NCBI GenBank assembly: GCA_030059665.1
Contig: JANVYR010000001.1
Location: forward strand, 416,001-480,000
Length of the DNA: 64,000 nt
Source: Candidatus Calditenuis fumarioli
GTDB lineage: Archaea; Thermoproteota; Nitrososphaeria_A; Caldarchaeales; Calditenuaceae
Direction of reading: 5' to 3'
In this document: in pieces, positions 45,388 through 54,554 of the stretch
Position numbering within the stretch: the first letter of the stretch is position 1
Layout of the letters: every line of letters starts with the position of its first letter
The notes under the pieces: model-generated
What the model was told of the DNA's origin: nothing
The model's database searches: none
The model's input: only the letters and a program-made list of their open reading frames with translations
Made by a program: the position numbers and the translations under genes

Positions 45388-47064
45388 CTCGCGAAGTGGA
45401 TAGTCTGCGGGGCCTGGCCGTACATCAACGCCGTGCCGCACCTCGGTACGCTTATAGGGTGTGAGCTTTCAGCGGACGTCTTCGCGAGGTACATGAGGTC
45501 GAAGGGCGACAAGGTCCTCTTCGTCAGCGGATCGGACGAGCACGGAACGCCGCTGGAGCTCCAGGCCATCAAGGAGGGCGTCAGGCCTGAGGAGCTGACC
45601 GACAGGATGCACGCGATCGTCAAGGAACTCTTCAACAGGTTCGACATATCATTCGACAACTACACAAGGACCCACTCCAGGACGCACATCGAGTTCGTCC
45701 AGCGCTTCTTCCTCGAGCTCTACCGGAAGGGATACGTCTTCAGGAGGACGATCGAGCAGCTCTACTGCGAACGCGACCGGATCTTCCTGCCGGACAGGTT
45801 CGTCGTCGGCGTCTGCCCCTACTGCGGCTACGAGAGGGCCAGGGGTGACCAGTGCGAGAACTGCGGAAGGGTCCTGGACCCGCTCGATCTGAGGATGCCG
45901 AGGTGCGCGGTCTGCGGCTCCGAGCCCGTCGTCCGGTCGACGGACCACTACTTCTTCGACCTGCCCGCATTCGAGGAGAGGATAAGGTCGTGGATCGCTT
46001 CCAACGACAGGTTCCCCGAGTCGGTGAGGAACTTCTCGATCGGGTGGATCGGCGAGGGCCTCAGGCCCAGGTCCATCACGAGGGACAACAGGTGGGGGAT
46101 ACCTGCGCCCTTCCCAGGTGCGGAGGGGAAGACGATATACGTCTGGTTCGAGGCGGTCCTGGGCTACATCACCGCGAGCATCGAGTGGGCCGAGCTCAAG
46201 GGCGAGCCCGAGCTGTGGAGGGAGTTCTGGTACGACAAGGAGGCGCGGAGCGTCTACTTCATCGGCAAGGACAACATCCCGTTCCACACCGTCATCCTCC
46301 CGGCGCTGCTGATGGCCTACGACGAGGAGCTGGTACTGCCCTGGAACGTGCTGGCGACGGAGTACCTCACCTTCGAGGGGAAGAAGTTCTCGAAGAGCGC
46401 TGGAGTCGGCATCTGGCTCGACGAGGCGCTGGAGATCCTCGGACCAGACTACTGGAGGTTCTATTTGGTGAAGATCAGGCCCGAGACCGCGGACTCCAAC
46501 TTCACGGCCGCCCACTTCAGGGACGTCATCAACGACGAGCTCAACGACATCCTCGGGAACTTCGTCCACAGGGTCCTGACCTTCGTTCACAGGCACTTCG
46601 AGGGCAAGGTCCCTGAGCCCGGAGAGCTGGATCCGCAGGACCTCGAGCTGCTGGAGGCGGTGAGGGGAACGGCGGAGGAGTTCGAGAGGGGCCTCGTCAC
46701 CAACAGGTTCAGGAGCTCGGTGAACGCCCTGCTTGAGCTGGCCAGGAGAGGGAACGTGTACCTGAACTCGAGGGAGCCCTGGAGGGTGGTGCGGTTAGAT
46801 CGGGCCTCTGCGTCGAGGACGATGTACGTCTCCACCCAGGTGGCCTACGCCGTCTCGGTCCTGCTGGAGCCCATCACCCCGAGGGCTTCGGAGGCTCTCA
46901 GGAGGACCTTCAACCTCCCACCGGAGATGTGGACGGTCAGGGCGTTACTCGAGGGAAAGCGCGTGGAGCCGGGTCATGCGATCACCCAGCCGTCCCCACC
47001 GTTCTCCCGCATGCCGGATCAGGTTTACGAGCTGATCAGGTCCAAGGGAGGACCCGCGGGCTGA
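45388..47064 (+). CDS. metG: Methionyl-tRNA synthetase (start codon non-canonical or obscured)
   Basis: AWPYINAVPHLG, SGSDEHGTP, Zn knuckles CPYC/CENC/CAVC, YVWFEA, GKDNIPFH and KFSKS motifs. Confidence 0.93.
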   Translation, partial: LAKWIVCGAWPYINAVPHLGTLIGCELSADVFARYMRSKGDKVLFVSGSDEHGTPLELQAIKEGVRPEELTDRMHAIVKELFNRFDISFDNYTRTHSRTHIEFVQRFFLELYRKGYVFRRTIEQLYCERDRIFLPDRFVVGVCPYCGYERARGDQCENCGRVLDPLDLRMPRCAVCGSEPVVRSTDHYFFDLPAFEERIRSWIASNDRFPESVRNFSIGWIGEGLRPRSITRDNRWGIPAPFPGAEGKTIYVWFEAVLGYITASIEWAELKGEPELWREFWYDKEARSVYFIGKDNIPFHTVILPALLMAYDEELVLPWNVLATEYLTFEGKKFSKSAGVGIWLDEALEILGPDYWRFYLVKIRPETADSNFTAAHFRDVINDELNDILGNFVHRVLTFVHRHFEGKVPEPGELDPQDLELLEAVRGTAEEFERGLVTNRFRSSVNALLELARRGNVYLNSREPWRVVRLDRASASRTMYVSTQVAYAVSVLLEPITPRASEALRRTFNLPPEMWTVRALLEGKRVEPGHAITQPSPPFSRMPDQVYELIRSKGGPAG

Positions 47065-47108
47065 GTCGTCTCATTACGTTTAAGTTCAGTCGCAATGCAG
47101 GTGGCCGC

Positions 47109-47714
47109 GTGAAGCGGTACGAGCTTCCCCAGCTTCCGTATGCCTACAACGCGCTGGAGCCCTACATCATCGAGGAGATAATGAGGCTGCACCACACGAA
47201 GCACCACCAGGCCTACGTCAACGGCGCCAACGCGGCCCTCGAGAAGATCGAGAAGGCCTCCAGGGGCGAGCTCCAGATCGACGTAAGGGCCGTGCTGAGG
47301 GACCTGAGCTTCAACCTCGACGGACACAAGCTCCACTCGATCTTCTGGCCCAACATGGCTCCCCCCGGAAAGGGAGGTGGTAAGCCCGGCGGTGCGATAG
47401 CCGACAAGATCAACGCTGAGTTCGGGAGCTTCGAGAACTTCAAGAAGCTCTTCAGCGACGCAGCGAAGACCGTCGAGGGCGTCGGCTGGGCCCTGCTGCT
47501 CTACGACCCGGAGGTGGACAGGCTCGTGCTGACGCAGATCGAGAAGCAGAACCTGATGCACCTGGCCGAGCTGCCGATATTGCTGGCGGTCGACGTCTGG
47601 GAGCACGCCTATTACCTCCAGTACAAGAACGACAGGGCGAGCTACGTCGACAACTGGTGGAACGTGGTCAACTGGGACGACGTCGAGAAGAGGTTCAGCA
47701 AGGTCAGGCGGTGA
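47109..47714 (+). CDS. sod: Fe/Mn superoxide dismutase
   Basis: LPYAYNALEP, HHTKHHQAYVN, GHKLHSIFW and DVWEHAYYLQY motifs. Confidence 0.96.
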   Translation: MKRYELPQLPYAYNALEPYIIEEIMRLHHTKHHQAYVNGANAALEKIEKASRGELQIDVRAVLRDLSFNLDGHKLHSIFWPNMAPPGKGGGKPGGAIADKINAEFGSFENFKKLFSDAAKTVEGVGWALLLYDPEVDRLVLTQIEKQNLMHLAELPILLAVDVWEHAYYLQYKNDRASYVDNWWNVVNWDDVEKRFSKVRR

Positions 47715-47720
47715 ATCGGC

Positions 47721-48215
47721 TCAGCCGTACATCGACTTCGCGGCCGTCTCGTCCCTCGTCTTGACCGCTTTTATCAGCATCTCCAGGACCTCTGAAATGG
47801 CTTTCTGGTAGGCCAGCAGGGCCTTCGCTGCCTCGCTGAGCGTCACCATCCCCAGCAACCTGCCATCTAGGTCCACCACCGGAAGCCTCCTGAAGCCGTG
47901 ACTCAGCATCAGCGCCACCGCCTCCTCGATCGGCGAGTCCGGGCTGACCGCGATCACCGGGTAGCTCATCACCTCACCGACCTTCGTCTTAGAGTGGTCC
48001 AGTCCCGTCGCGAGCACCCTCACCACGAAGTCCCTCTCGGTCACTATCCCCACGAGCTTCCCGTCGCGCTCCACGAGGAGGCTTCCCACGCCCAACCGGT
48101 CCATCATGATGCATGCCTCCCGCACGGTCCTGTCGGCGCCGATCACGTTAATCGCCGGTATCATCACGTCCCTCACCCTTATCTTGGGGACCTCCTCCAC
48201 GCCTCCCAACCCCAT
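47721..48215 (-). CDS. Tandem CBS-domain protein
   Basis: Two CBS motifs (VGIVTERD; RRLPVVD). Confidence 0.85.
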   Translation of the reverse strand: MGLGGVEEVPKIRVRDVMIPAINVIGADRTVREACIMMDRLGVGSLLVERDGKLVGIVTERDFVVRVLATGLDHSKTKVGEVMSYPVIAVSPDSPIEEAVALMLSHGFRRLPVVDLDGRLLGMVTLSEAAKALLAYQKAISEVLEMLIKAVKTRDETAAKSMYG

Positions 48216-49228
48216 CACCCTCCGAAGGTGTACATCGGCCTGACGTGGGAAGGAACCCGATGCCGACGGAGGAGCGACTCCACGCCCTCGAACTTGTTCC
48301 AGAAGGCAGACCTGATGAAGGCCTCGATCTCCTCGTCCGTTGCCCCTCCCCTCAGCAGGGGCTTGAGGTCGTACTCGGCGGTGCTGAACATGCACGGAAC
48401 GAGCTTCCCGTCGGCCTTCAGCCTCACCCTGTCGCAGTCGGAGCAGAAGGGCCTTGTCATCGAGGTGATCACGCCTATCGTGCCGGGTGCGCCGTCAGCG
48501 AAGCGGTAGTTCACCGATGTTGACCCCGGCTCCCTCTCCAGCGGCACCAGCGCGTACCGCTCCTGAATGGTCCTGACGATCTCGTCGCCGCTCACGACAA
48601 GATCGGGCCTCCAGAGGCGCTCGCCGTCGAAGGGCATGTACTCGATGAACCGGACGCTGATCCCGGTCCTGCGGGCCAGTTCAGCGAAGTCGAGGACCTC
48701 GTCGTCGTTGCACCCACGGGTGATGACGACGTTCACCTTCACTGGCGAGAGCCCCACCTCAATGGCCCTCCTGATGCCCCTGACCACCTTCTCGAAGACG
48801 CCTGGAACCCCGACGATCTGCTCGTACCTCTCGGGCTTCAGGCTGTGAAGGCTCACCGTGACGCCGCTCAGCCCGGCCCGCTTGAGGCGCTCAGCCATCT
48901 CCTCGAGCAGGTAGCCGTTTGTCGTCATCGAGACGCTCTCGATCCCCTCGATCGACGAGAGGATCTCCACCAGCCTCTCTATCCCCCTCCTCATCAGCGG
49001 CTCGCCGCCGGTGAGCCGGACCTTGCTCACGCCCATCCTCGCGAAGATCCTCGCAACCCTCCCTATCTCCTCGAAGGTGAGGAGCTCGCTCCTGTCCAGC
49101 CACACGGGGTTCCTCGGCATGCAGAAGCTGCACCGGAAGTTGCAGCGATCGGTGACGGAGATCCTCAGCTTCCGCGCCACCCTCCCGAACCGGTCGATCA
49201 GCGGCGCCAGCTCACCCAGCCCGGACAC
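48215..49228 (-). CDS. moaA: GTP 3',8-cyclase
   Basis: LRISVTDRCNFRCSFC, FIEYMP and FCSDCDRVRLKADGKLVPC motifs. Confidence 0.95.
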   Translation of the reverse strand: MSGLGELAPLIDRFGRVARKLRISVTDRCNFRCSFCMPRNPVWLDRSELLTFEEIGRVARIFARMGVSKVRLTGGEPLMRRGIERLVEILSSIEGIESVSMTTNGYLLEEMAERLKRAGLSGVTVSLHSLKPERYEQIVGVPGVFEKVVRGIRRAIEVGLSPVKVNVVITRGCNDDEVLDFAELARRTGISVRFIEYMPFDGERLWRPDLVVSGDEIVRTIQERYALVPLEREPGSTSVNYRFADGAPGTIGVITSMTRPFCSDCDRVRLKADGKLVPCMFSTAEYDLKPLLRGGATDEEIEAFIRSAFWNKFEGVESLLRRHRVPSHVRPMYTFGG

Positions 49229-49270
49229 CTCTGGCGTGAAACTCTCACAACATGTGATAAATCTGTGCTG

Positions 49271-49891
49271 TCAACGCTTCATGACGTCTATGCCGAGCCT
49301 CTCCCTCAACGCCTTCGCGATCTCGGCCCTGACCTCCCGCAGCTCGCCGTCCGCAGCTATCCTGATCATCTTGCCCTCACCGCAGAGCTCGAGGTAGACC
49401 GATCTGACCCGCTGGAGGACGTCGACGTCCTCGAAGGCCCGGAGCCTCGATGCCTTCTTCCTCCTGAGACCGGTGCTCGGGTCGACGTCGAGGTAGAGGG
49501 TCAGGTCCGGCATCGGACAGTGCCTGTTCAGGAGCTCGACCCAGGTCCTGTCGCCGGTGAGCGCACCCTGATACGCTATCGACGAGAAGAGGTAGCGGTC
49601 AGAGACGACGACGTACCCCGACCTCAGCTTGGGCTCCAGGAACCTCCTCACGTGGTAGAGCCTGTCGGCGGCGAAGAGCAGCGCGTCCATCTCTGGGCCA
49701 ACGCTCCCTCGCTCGATCATCCTCCTCAGCAGCCTCCCGACCGGCCCGTCCGTCGGCTCCCTAGTGTAGACCGCCCTGTAGCCTCGGCTCCTGAGCCTCC
49801 TCACCAGCCAGAGGGCGTTGACCGTCTTACCCGCGCCGTCGATCCCCTCGATTGCGATCAGGTAGCCCCGAGTCATCAGCGACTTCCCCAA
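49271..49891 (-). CDS. tmk: Thymidylate kinase
   Basis: IEGIDGAGKT, TREP, LFAADR and DRYLFSSIAYQ motifs. Confidence 0.94.
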   Translation of the reverse strand: MGKSLMTRGYLIAIEGIDGAGKTVNALWLVRRLRSRGYRAVYTREPTDGPVGRLLRRMIERGSVGPEMDALLFAADRLYHVRRFLEPKLRSGYVVVSDRYLFSSIAYQGALTGDRTWVELLNRHCPMPDLTLYLDVDPSTGLRRKKASRLRAFEDVDVLQRVRSVYLELCGEGKMIRIAADGELREVRAEIAKALRERLGIDVMKR

Positions 49892-50075
49892 CCGGTTCTG
49901 ACGACCTCAACAATAAGGTGAGCTGCGGGTCGATCGCTCCGGTGGACGGGGTGCCGAGCAGGTAAGCCCAAGCGAGCGTCCGAGACCGTCGGCCTTCGAG
50001 CTCAAGGAGCTCCAGGTCGTGACGAACTGATGCGATGAAGCCCCTCTCAGTTTAAGAGCCTCCGATCAGAGGAAG

Positions 50076-50669
50076 ATGCGGATGGCGAGCATCCGCTTCG
50101 GTAAATTCGTGCTGCCCGGACAGAGGCTCGGGGTCGTCGAGGAGTACCTGCCCGGCTCGGGAGTGAAGGCGCTGAAGTCCGGCCACCTGATAGCGACCTT
50201 CGCAGGATACGCCGAGTTCGACGCGAGGAACCACGTGGTCTCCGTCAGGCCCATCAGGAGCGTCAGGAAGCCGGCGGTAGGAGACACGGTCCTCGCGATG
50301 GTGAGGGAGATACAGGAGAAGGTGATCTGGTCGGACATACTGACCATCGTCGGGTCCAAGCTGACCACCTCCTACAGCGGAGCCCTCCTCAGGAAGGGCC
50401 AGGGACTTGACTACGTTCCGGGAGACCTCTACCTCGCCAAGGTCGTGGACGACCTCAACGGGATATACACGCTCTCCGTCGAGGGGAAGGAGCTGGGTCT
50501 GGTCCAGGCCTTCTGCGACCTCTGCGGTCGGCCCCTCACGCTCAAGCTGAACCACCTGGAGTGCAGGGAGTGCAGGCGCGCCTACCGGAAGAAGATCTCT
50601 GTCCACTACCAGCGCCAGGATTGGCTTAAAAGCGTCCCGCTGGAGACGTGGGCGATGAGGGGGTCGTGA
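50076..50669 (+). CDS. csl4: Exosome complex RNA-binding protein Csl4
   Basis: VLPGQRLGVVEEY, S1 domain, LGLVQAFC..CG zinc ribbon and KKIS; adjacent to rpo11. Confidence 0.85.
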   Translation: MRMASIRFGKFVLPGQRLGVVEEYLPGSGVKALKSGHLIATFAGYAEFDARNHVVSVRPIRSVRKPAVGDTVLAMVREIQEKVIWSDILTIVGSKLTTSYSGALLRKGQGLDYVPGDLYLAKVVDDLNGIYTLSVEGKELGLVQAFCDLCGRPLTLKLNHLECRECRRAYRKKISVHYQRQDWLKSVPLETWAMRGS

Positions 50670-50676
50670 TACGCCG

Positions 50677-50976
50677 ATGAGGGCCACAGTGATCGAGCGG
50701 TCGCGAAATCACCTCGTTCTAGAGGTGGAGGGCTTCGACTTCAGCGTCCTCGACTCGCTGCAGGAGGTCCTGAACTCCATGGAGGAGGTCGAGTATGCCG
50801 GGACCTCGGTCGTCCATCCTCTGTTCCCTAAGCTGAGGTTCGTGCTGAGGGTGAAGGAGGGGCGCGATGTGACCGAGGTGCTCTTCGAGGGGATCCGCAG
50901 GCTGAAATCGACCGCGTCCGAGATGGTCGGCATCCTCTCCCAGGCGCTGTCCAAGACGCAGACCGCAAAGAGCTGA
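50677..50976 (+). CDS. rpo11: RNA polymerase subunit Rpo11 (L)
   Basis: LVLEVEG...EEVEYAG..VVHPL pattern; conserved csl4-rpoL order. Confidence 0.82.
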   Translation: MRATVIERSRNHLVLEVEGFDFSVLDSLQEVLNSMEEVEYAGTSVVHPLFPKLRFVLRVKEGRDVTEVLFEGIRRLKSTASEMVGILSQALSKTQTAKS

Positions 50977-50980
50977 GGAT

Positions 50981-51940
50981 TCATCTGCCGAAGTGGGACC
51001 ACCCGAGCTCCGGTACCTGGACGACCGCTCCGTCCTGAACCCTCCAGACGCCGCGGCCCTCAACCACCCTGCCGATCACTATGAGCTCGCAGCCCACTGA
51101 TGCCAGCTCCTCCCTCAGCTGCCGTTCGTTCGAGGGATCGAACGTGATGATCAGCTCGTACTCCTCCCCTCCTCCGAGGACGAGCCTCTCCGGGTCGAGG
51201 CCGTGGGCAAGGGCGTAGCGCGTCACCTCATCGTCGACCGGTAGCCTTTCGATCAGGTAGCCGAGGCCGCTATTCCTCGACATGTCGTACAGAGACCTCG
51301 CCAGGCCGTCGCTCGAGTCGATCATCGCCGTCGCGTACCGGGACGCAACCGCACCGGCCTCGATCCTCGCTACGGGCCAAAGGAAGGACCTCCTCAGGGC
51401 CTCCCACGAATGGTCCAAGTCTCGGGTCAAGATCGAGTGGAGCCCCGCAGCGGCCCTCCCGAAGGTCCCCGTCACGCCGATCAGGTCGCCCGGTCTCGAT
51501 CCACCGCGGGGGACCGGCCTCTCGGCCTCCCCGAGCGCGAAGACCCCCAACACCAGGTCCCTGCAGGAGTTGGTGTCGCCGCCCGCGACCATCACCGAGT
51601 ACCTGTCGCGCGCCATCTCGATGCCGCTCCAGATCCGCTTGAGCTCGTCGAGCTCCATCTCCGGGGGCAGGCCCATCTCCACAAACACGAGGACCGGCCT
51701 CGCACCGGTCGCTGCCAGGTCGCTGAGCGATGCGGTCACCGCCTTCCACCCTACGCTCTCCATCGGAGCCCCAGGCGGGACGTCGGTGCTGCCGACGAGC
51801 ATGTCTCCCGTGACCACGACCCTTCCCCGTGGCAGGTAGTCGACGCCGTCGTCGCCCGGCCTCAGGTGACCTCCGGCGAAGGAGAGCCGCGGGATCAGGT
51901 AGTCCAGGATCGCCCGCTCGCCGACCTCGGACAGCCTCAA
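50981..51940 (-). CDS. thiL: Thiamine-monophosphate kinase
   Basis: GERAIL, PGDDG, TGDML, SLSDLAATGA, GGDTN and IDSSDGL motifs. Confidence 0.92.
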   Translation of the reverse strand: MRLSEVGERAILDYLIPRLSFAGGHLRPGDDGVDYLPRGRVVVTGDMLVGSTDVPPGAPMESVGWKAVTASLSDLAATGARPVLVFVEMGLPPEMELDELKRIWSGIEMARDRYSVMVAGGDTNSCRDLVLGVFALGEAERPVPRGGSRPGDLIGVTGTFGRAAAGLHSILTRDLDHSWEALRRSFLWPVARIEAGAVASRYATAMIDSSDGLARSLYDMSRNSGLGYLIERLPVDDEVTRYALAHGLDPERLVLGGGEEYELIITFDPSNERQLREELASVGCELIVIGRVVEGRGVWRVQDGAVVQVPELGWSHFGR

Positions 51941-51995
51941 CGACCATCACGTCCCATCAGCATGTGTTAAGGGTGATATCGCCAACCACGGAGAT

Positions 51996-52045
51996 TGTTA
52001 CGTAACATACGTAAGATATTTAAGCGGTAAACGGTTAAATACGTA
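51996..52045. promoter_or_regulatory. Candidate operator: perfect palindrome TGTTACGTAACA plus two more TACGTA copies in the thiL/pok divergent promoter region
   Basis: TACGTA at 51999, 52008 and 52040, interleaved with TATA-like TTTAAG and TTAAAT. Confidence 0.55.
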
Positions 52046-52059
52046 CCACTATATACTGG

Positions 52060-52944
52060 GTGAGGTTGCGCCTGAAAAGGCAGGAGGAGCTGGCGATCCC
52101 CTCGCACGTCACCGGCTTCTTCGTCCCGAGGTGGGCGAGCGATCCGCTTGAGACCGGTTCGGTGGGCGCGGGGCTGGTACTGGAACCCGGGATCTCCTTC
52201 GGCTACAGGCGCTCCGGGAGGAGCTCGGTCAGGCTGAACGGTCAGGAGTTCCGGTCCGTGGCCTTGATGGGGCTCCTGCCTCAGGGGATCGAGGTCCGGG
52301 TCAGGTCCGAGCTCCCGGTCGGTGCGGGGTACGCGATGAGCGCATCGCTCGCTCTGGCGTGCTCCATCTCAGCGGAGCTTGCGGCCGGAGGGCTCGACCT
52401 GCTCGGGGCCTTCAGGAGGGCCCACGTCGCGGAGGTACGGGCGATGACGGGCCTGGGCGACGTGCTCGCGCTGCACGGAGGCCGTGGGCTAGTGGTCCGC
52501 CTGAAGCCCGGCGCTCCGGGGATCGGTGAGGTCCAGGTGATAGACGTGCCGGAGGACGTGGTCGTCGTGAGCGCGGTCCTCGGAAGCATGTCGACGACGG
52601 AGATGCTGACGAGGTACGCTGACAGGATCAGGCACCACGGCTCGGAGGCCTTCAGACGGTTCCTCTCCGACCCATCCCTCGAGAGGTTCCTGGAGTGCTC
52701 GCGGGACTTCGCCAGGGGCGTCGGCTTCCTCACGCCGGATCTGGAGGAGCGCGTCCTGCCCATCCGTGACCTGCTCCTCGGTTACTCGGTGAAGAAGCGC
52801 GTCCTCTTCGCGGTAACGCCTCTCAAGCACCTGGAAGAGGTCGCATCGCACCTCTCCTCCGAGTTCGGCCAGGTTAGGGTCCAGAGGGTGGGTGACGGGA
52901 CTTGGTTGAGATACCTCGAAGCCATCCTCGCTATCGCTCGCTGA
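52060..52944 (+). CDS. pok: Pantoate kinase
   Basis: PSHVTGFF, TGSVGAG, LPVGAGYAMSAS, AHVAEV and TGLGDV motifs (GHMP family). Confidence 0.88.
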   Translation: MRLRLKRQEELAIPSHVTGFFVPRWASDPLETGSVGAGLVLEPGISFGYRRSGRSSVRLNGQEFRSVALMGLLPQGIEVRVRSELPVGAGYAMSASLALACSISAELAAGGLDLLGAFRRAHVAEVRAMTGLGDVLALHGGRGLVVRLKPGAPGIGEVQVIDVPEDVVVVSAVLGSMSTTEMLTRYADRIRHHGSEAFRRFLSDPSLERFLECSRDFARGVGFLTPDLEERVLPIRDLLLGYSVKKRVLFAVTPLKHLEEVASHLSSEFGQVRVQRVGDGTWLRYLEAILAIAR

Positions 52945-53678
52945 TGGAGAGGGAGCGGATCGTCAAGGGTCTGACCTCGGGGATCGTGGTCCCTGAGGGG
53001 TTGCTGGCCCACGGCAGGGGCGAGGCACTCGACTACCTTCTGGGGGAGGAGACGACGCCGGTCGCGATGGAGGCGATCAAGGCCGCGGCGGCCCTTCTGC
53101 TTCTCTCCCGGAGACCCGTGATATCCGTCAACGGAAACGCTGCAGCGCTGGTGGGAGAGGAGCTGGTGAGGCTATCGAGGGAGCTGGGCGCACCGCTCGA
53201 GGTCAACCTGTTCTACCGATCGGCCGATCGAATCCGGAGGATAAAGGAGCACCTGCTCTCCCTCGGCGCGGAGGAGGTCCTGACCGCCGAGGAGGACCTG
53301 GTAGAGGTCCCCGGACTCGAGAGCGCCCGGCGCCTGGTCAGCAGGAGGGGCATCTACTCGGCCGACACGGTGCTCGTCATGATGGAGGACGGCGACCGGA
53401 CCGAGAAGCTCGTGGCCATGGGAAAGAAGGTGATCGCGGTGGACCTGAACCCGCTCTCGAGGACGGCGAGGGCCGCGACCATCACGATCGTCGACAACGT
53501 CACCAGGTGCATACCTCTGCTGAGGGAGCGCGTTGCCGAGATGAGGCGGCTCAGCAGGGAGGAGCTGGATTCGATCGTCCGGGGCTTCGACAACCAGCGG
53601 AACCTGAGGGAGTCGATCGCCCTGATCTCGAAAAGGCTGGCACGCCTCTCGGGTTATGAGGAGCCGCTCTCGGACTGA
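52902..53678 (+). CDS. pps: 4-phosphopantoate--beta-alanine ligase
   Basis: IPRSHPRYRSL, AHGRGEALDYLLGE, ISVNGN, EDGDR and DLNPLSRTA motifs. Confidence 0.92.
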   Translation: MVEIPRSHPRYRSLMERERIVKGLTSGIVVPEGLLAHGRGEALDYLLGEETTPVAMEAIKAAAALLLLSRRPVISVNGNAAALVGEELVRLSRELGAPLEVNLFYRSADRIRRIKEHLLSLGAEEVLTAEEDLVEVPGLESARRLVSRRGIYSADTVLVMMEDGDRTEKLVAMGKKVIAVDLNPLSRTARAATITIVDNVTRCIPLLRERVAEMRRLSREELDSIVRGFDNQRNLRESIALISKRLARLSGYEEPLSD

Positions 53679-53681
53679 GGT

Positions 53682-54554
53682 GTGTCGGGCCTGACGGAGA
53701 AGCTTACCGCTCGGGACGTGATCCGGATGAAGGCGAAGGGCAGGCGCATCGCGATGATCACCGCCTACGACTACCCCACCGCGAGGCTCGCGGACGAAGC
53801 AGGCGTTGACGTGATACTGGTGGGAGACTCGGCGGCCATGGTCGTGCTCGGCATGAAAGACACGAGGTTCATCGGGATGGAGGAGATGCTGGTCTTCTGC
53901 AGGGCCGTCAGCCGAGCGGTGAGCAGGGCCCTCGTGGTGGGAGACATGCCGTTCATGAGCTACCAGGCCTCCACCGAGCAGGCGGTCCTGAACGCGGGTC
54001 GGATGGTGAGGGAGGGAGGCGTCGACGCGGTGAAGATCGAGGGCGGCCGGGAGTACGCGGACGTCGTGAGGGCCATCGTGAGGGCCGGGATTCCCGTGAT
54101 GGGCCACGTCGGGATGACCCCGCAGTCGGCAGCTTCCTCAACCGGCTTCAGGCTTCGTGGCAAGACCGCTGAGGAGGCCGAAGCGATAGTGCGCGATGCG
54201 GAGGAGATCGCCAGAGCGGGGGCCTTCTCGATCGTGCTGGAGTTCACCACCGCGGAGGTGGCAGAGTACCTCTCCGAGACCCTCGAGATACCGGTTATAG
54301 GCGTCGGAGCGGGGCCTCGATGCGACGGCCAGGTCCTGGTGCTGCACGACGTGCTCGGCCTCTACGAGAACTCTCCACCCTTCGCGAAGAGGTACGCCGA
54401 CCTGAGGTCAGAGGTCCTCGGCGCGATCAGACGGTACGTCGAGGAGGTCCGGAGCGGCGCCTTCCCTGACGAAGGTAGGTTCTGGAGGATGGGAGACGAG
54501 GAGAGGGAGGAGCTGAGGAGGAGGCTGGCGCGGAGAGAGGGCGGCGCCGGTTGA
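53682..54554 (+). CDS. panB: Ketopantoate hydroxymethyltransferase
   Basis: TAYDY, ILVGDS, DMPFMSY, AVKIEGG, GHVGMTPQ and DGQVLV motifs. Confidence 0.95.
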   Translation: MSGLTEKLTARDVIRMKAKGRRIAMITAYDYPTARLADEAGVDVILVGDSAAMVVLGMKDTRFIGMEEMLVFCRAVSRAVSRALVVGDMPFMSYQASTEQAVLNAGRMVREGGVDAVKIEGGREYADVVRAIVRAGIPVMGHVGMTPQSAASSTGFRLRGKTAEEAEAIVRDAEEIARAGAFSIVLEFTTAEVAEYLSETLEIPVIGVGAGPRCDGQVLVLHDVLGLYENSPPFAKRYADLRSEVLGAIRRYVEEVRSGAFPDEGRFWRMGDEEREELRRRLARREGGAG

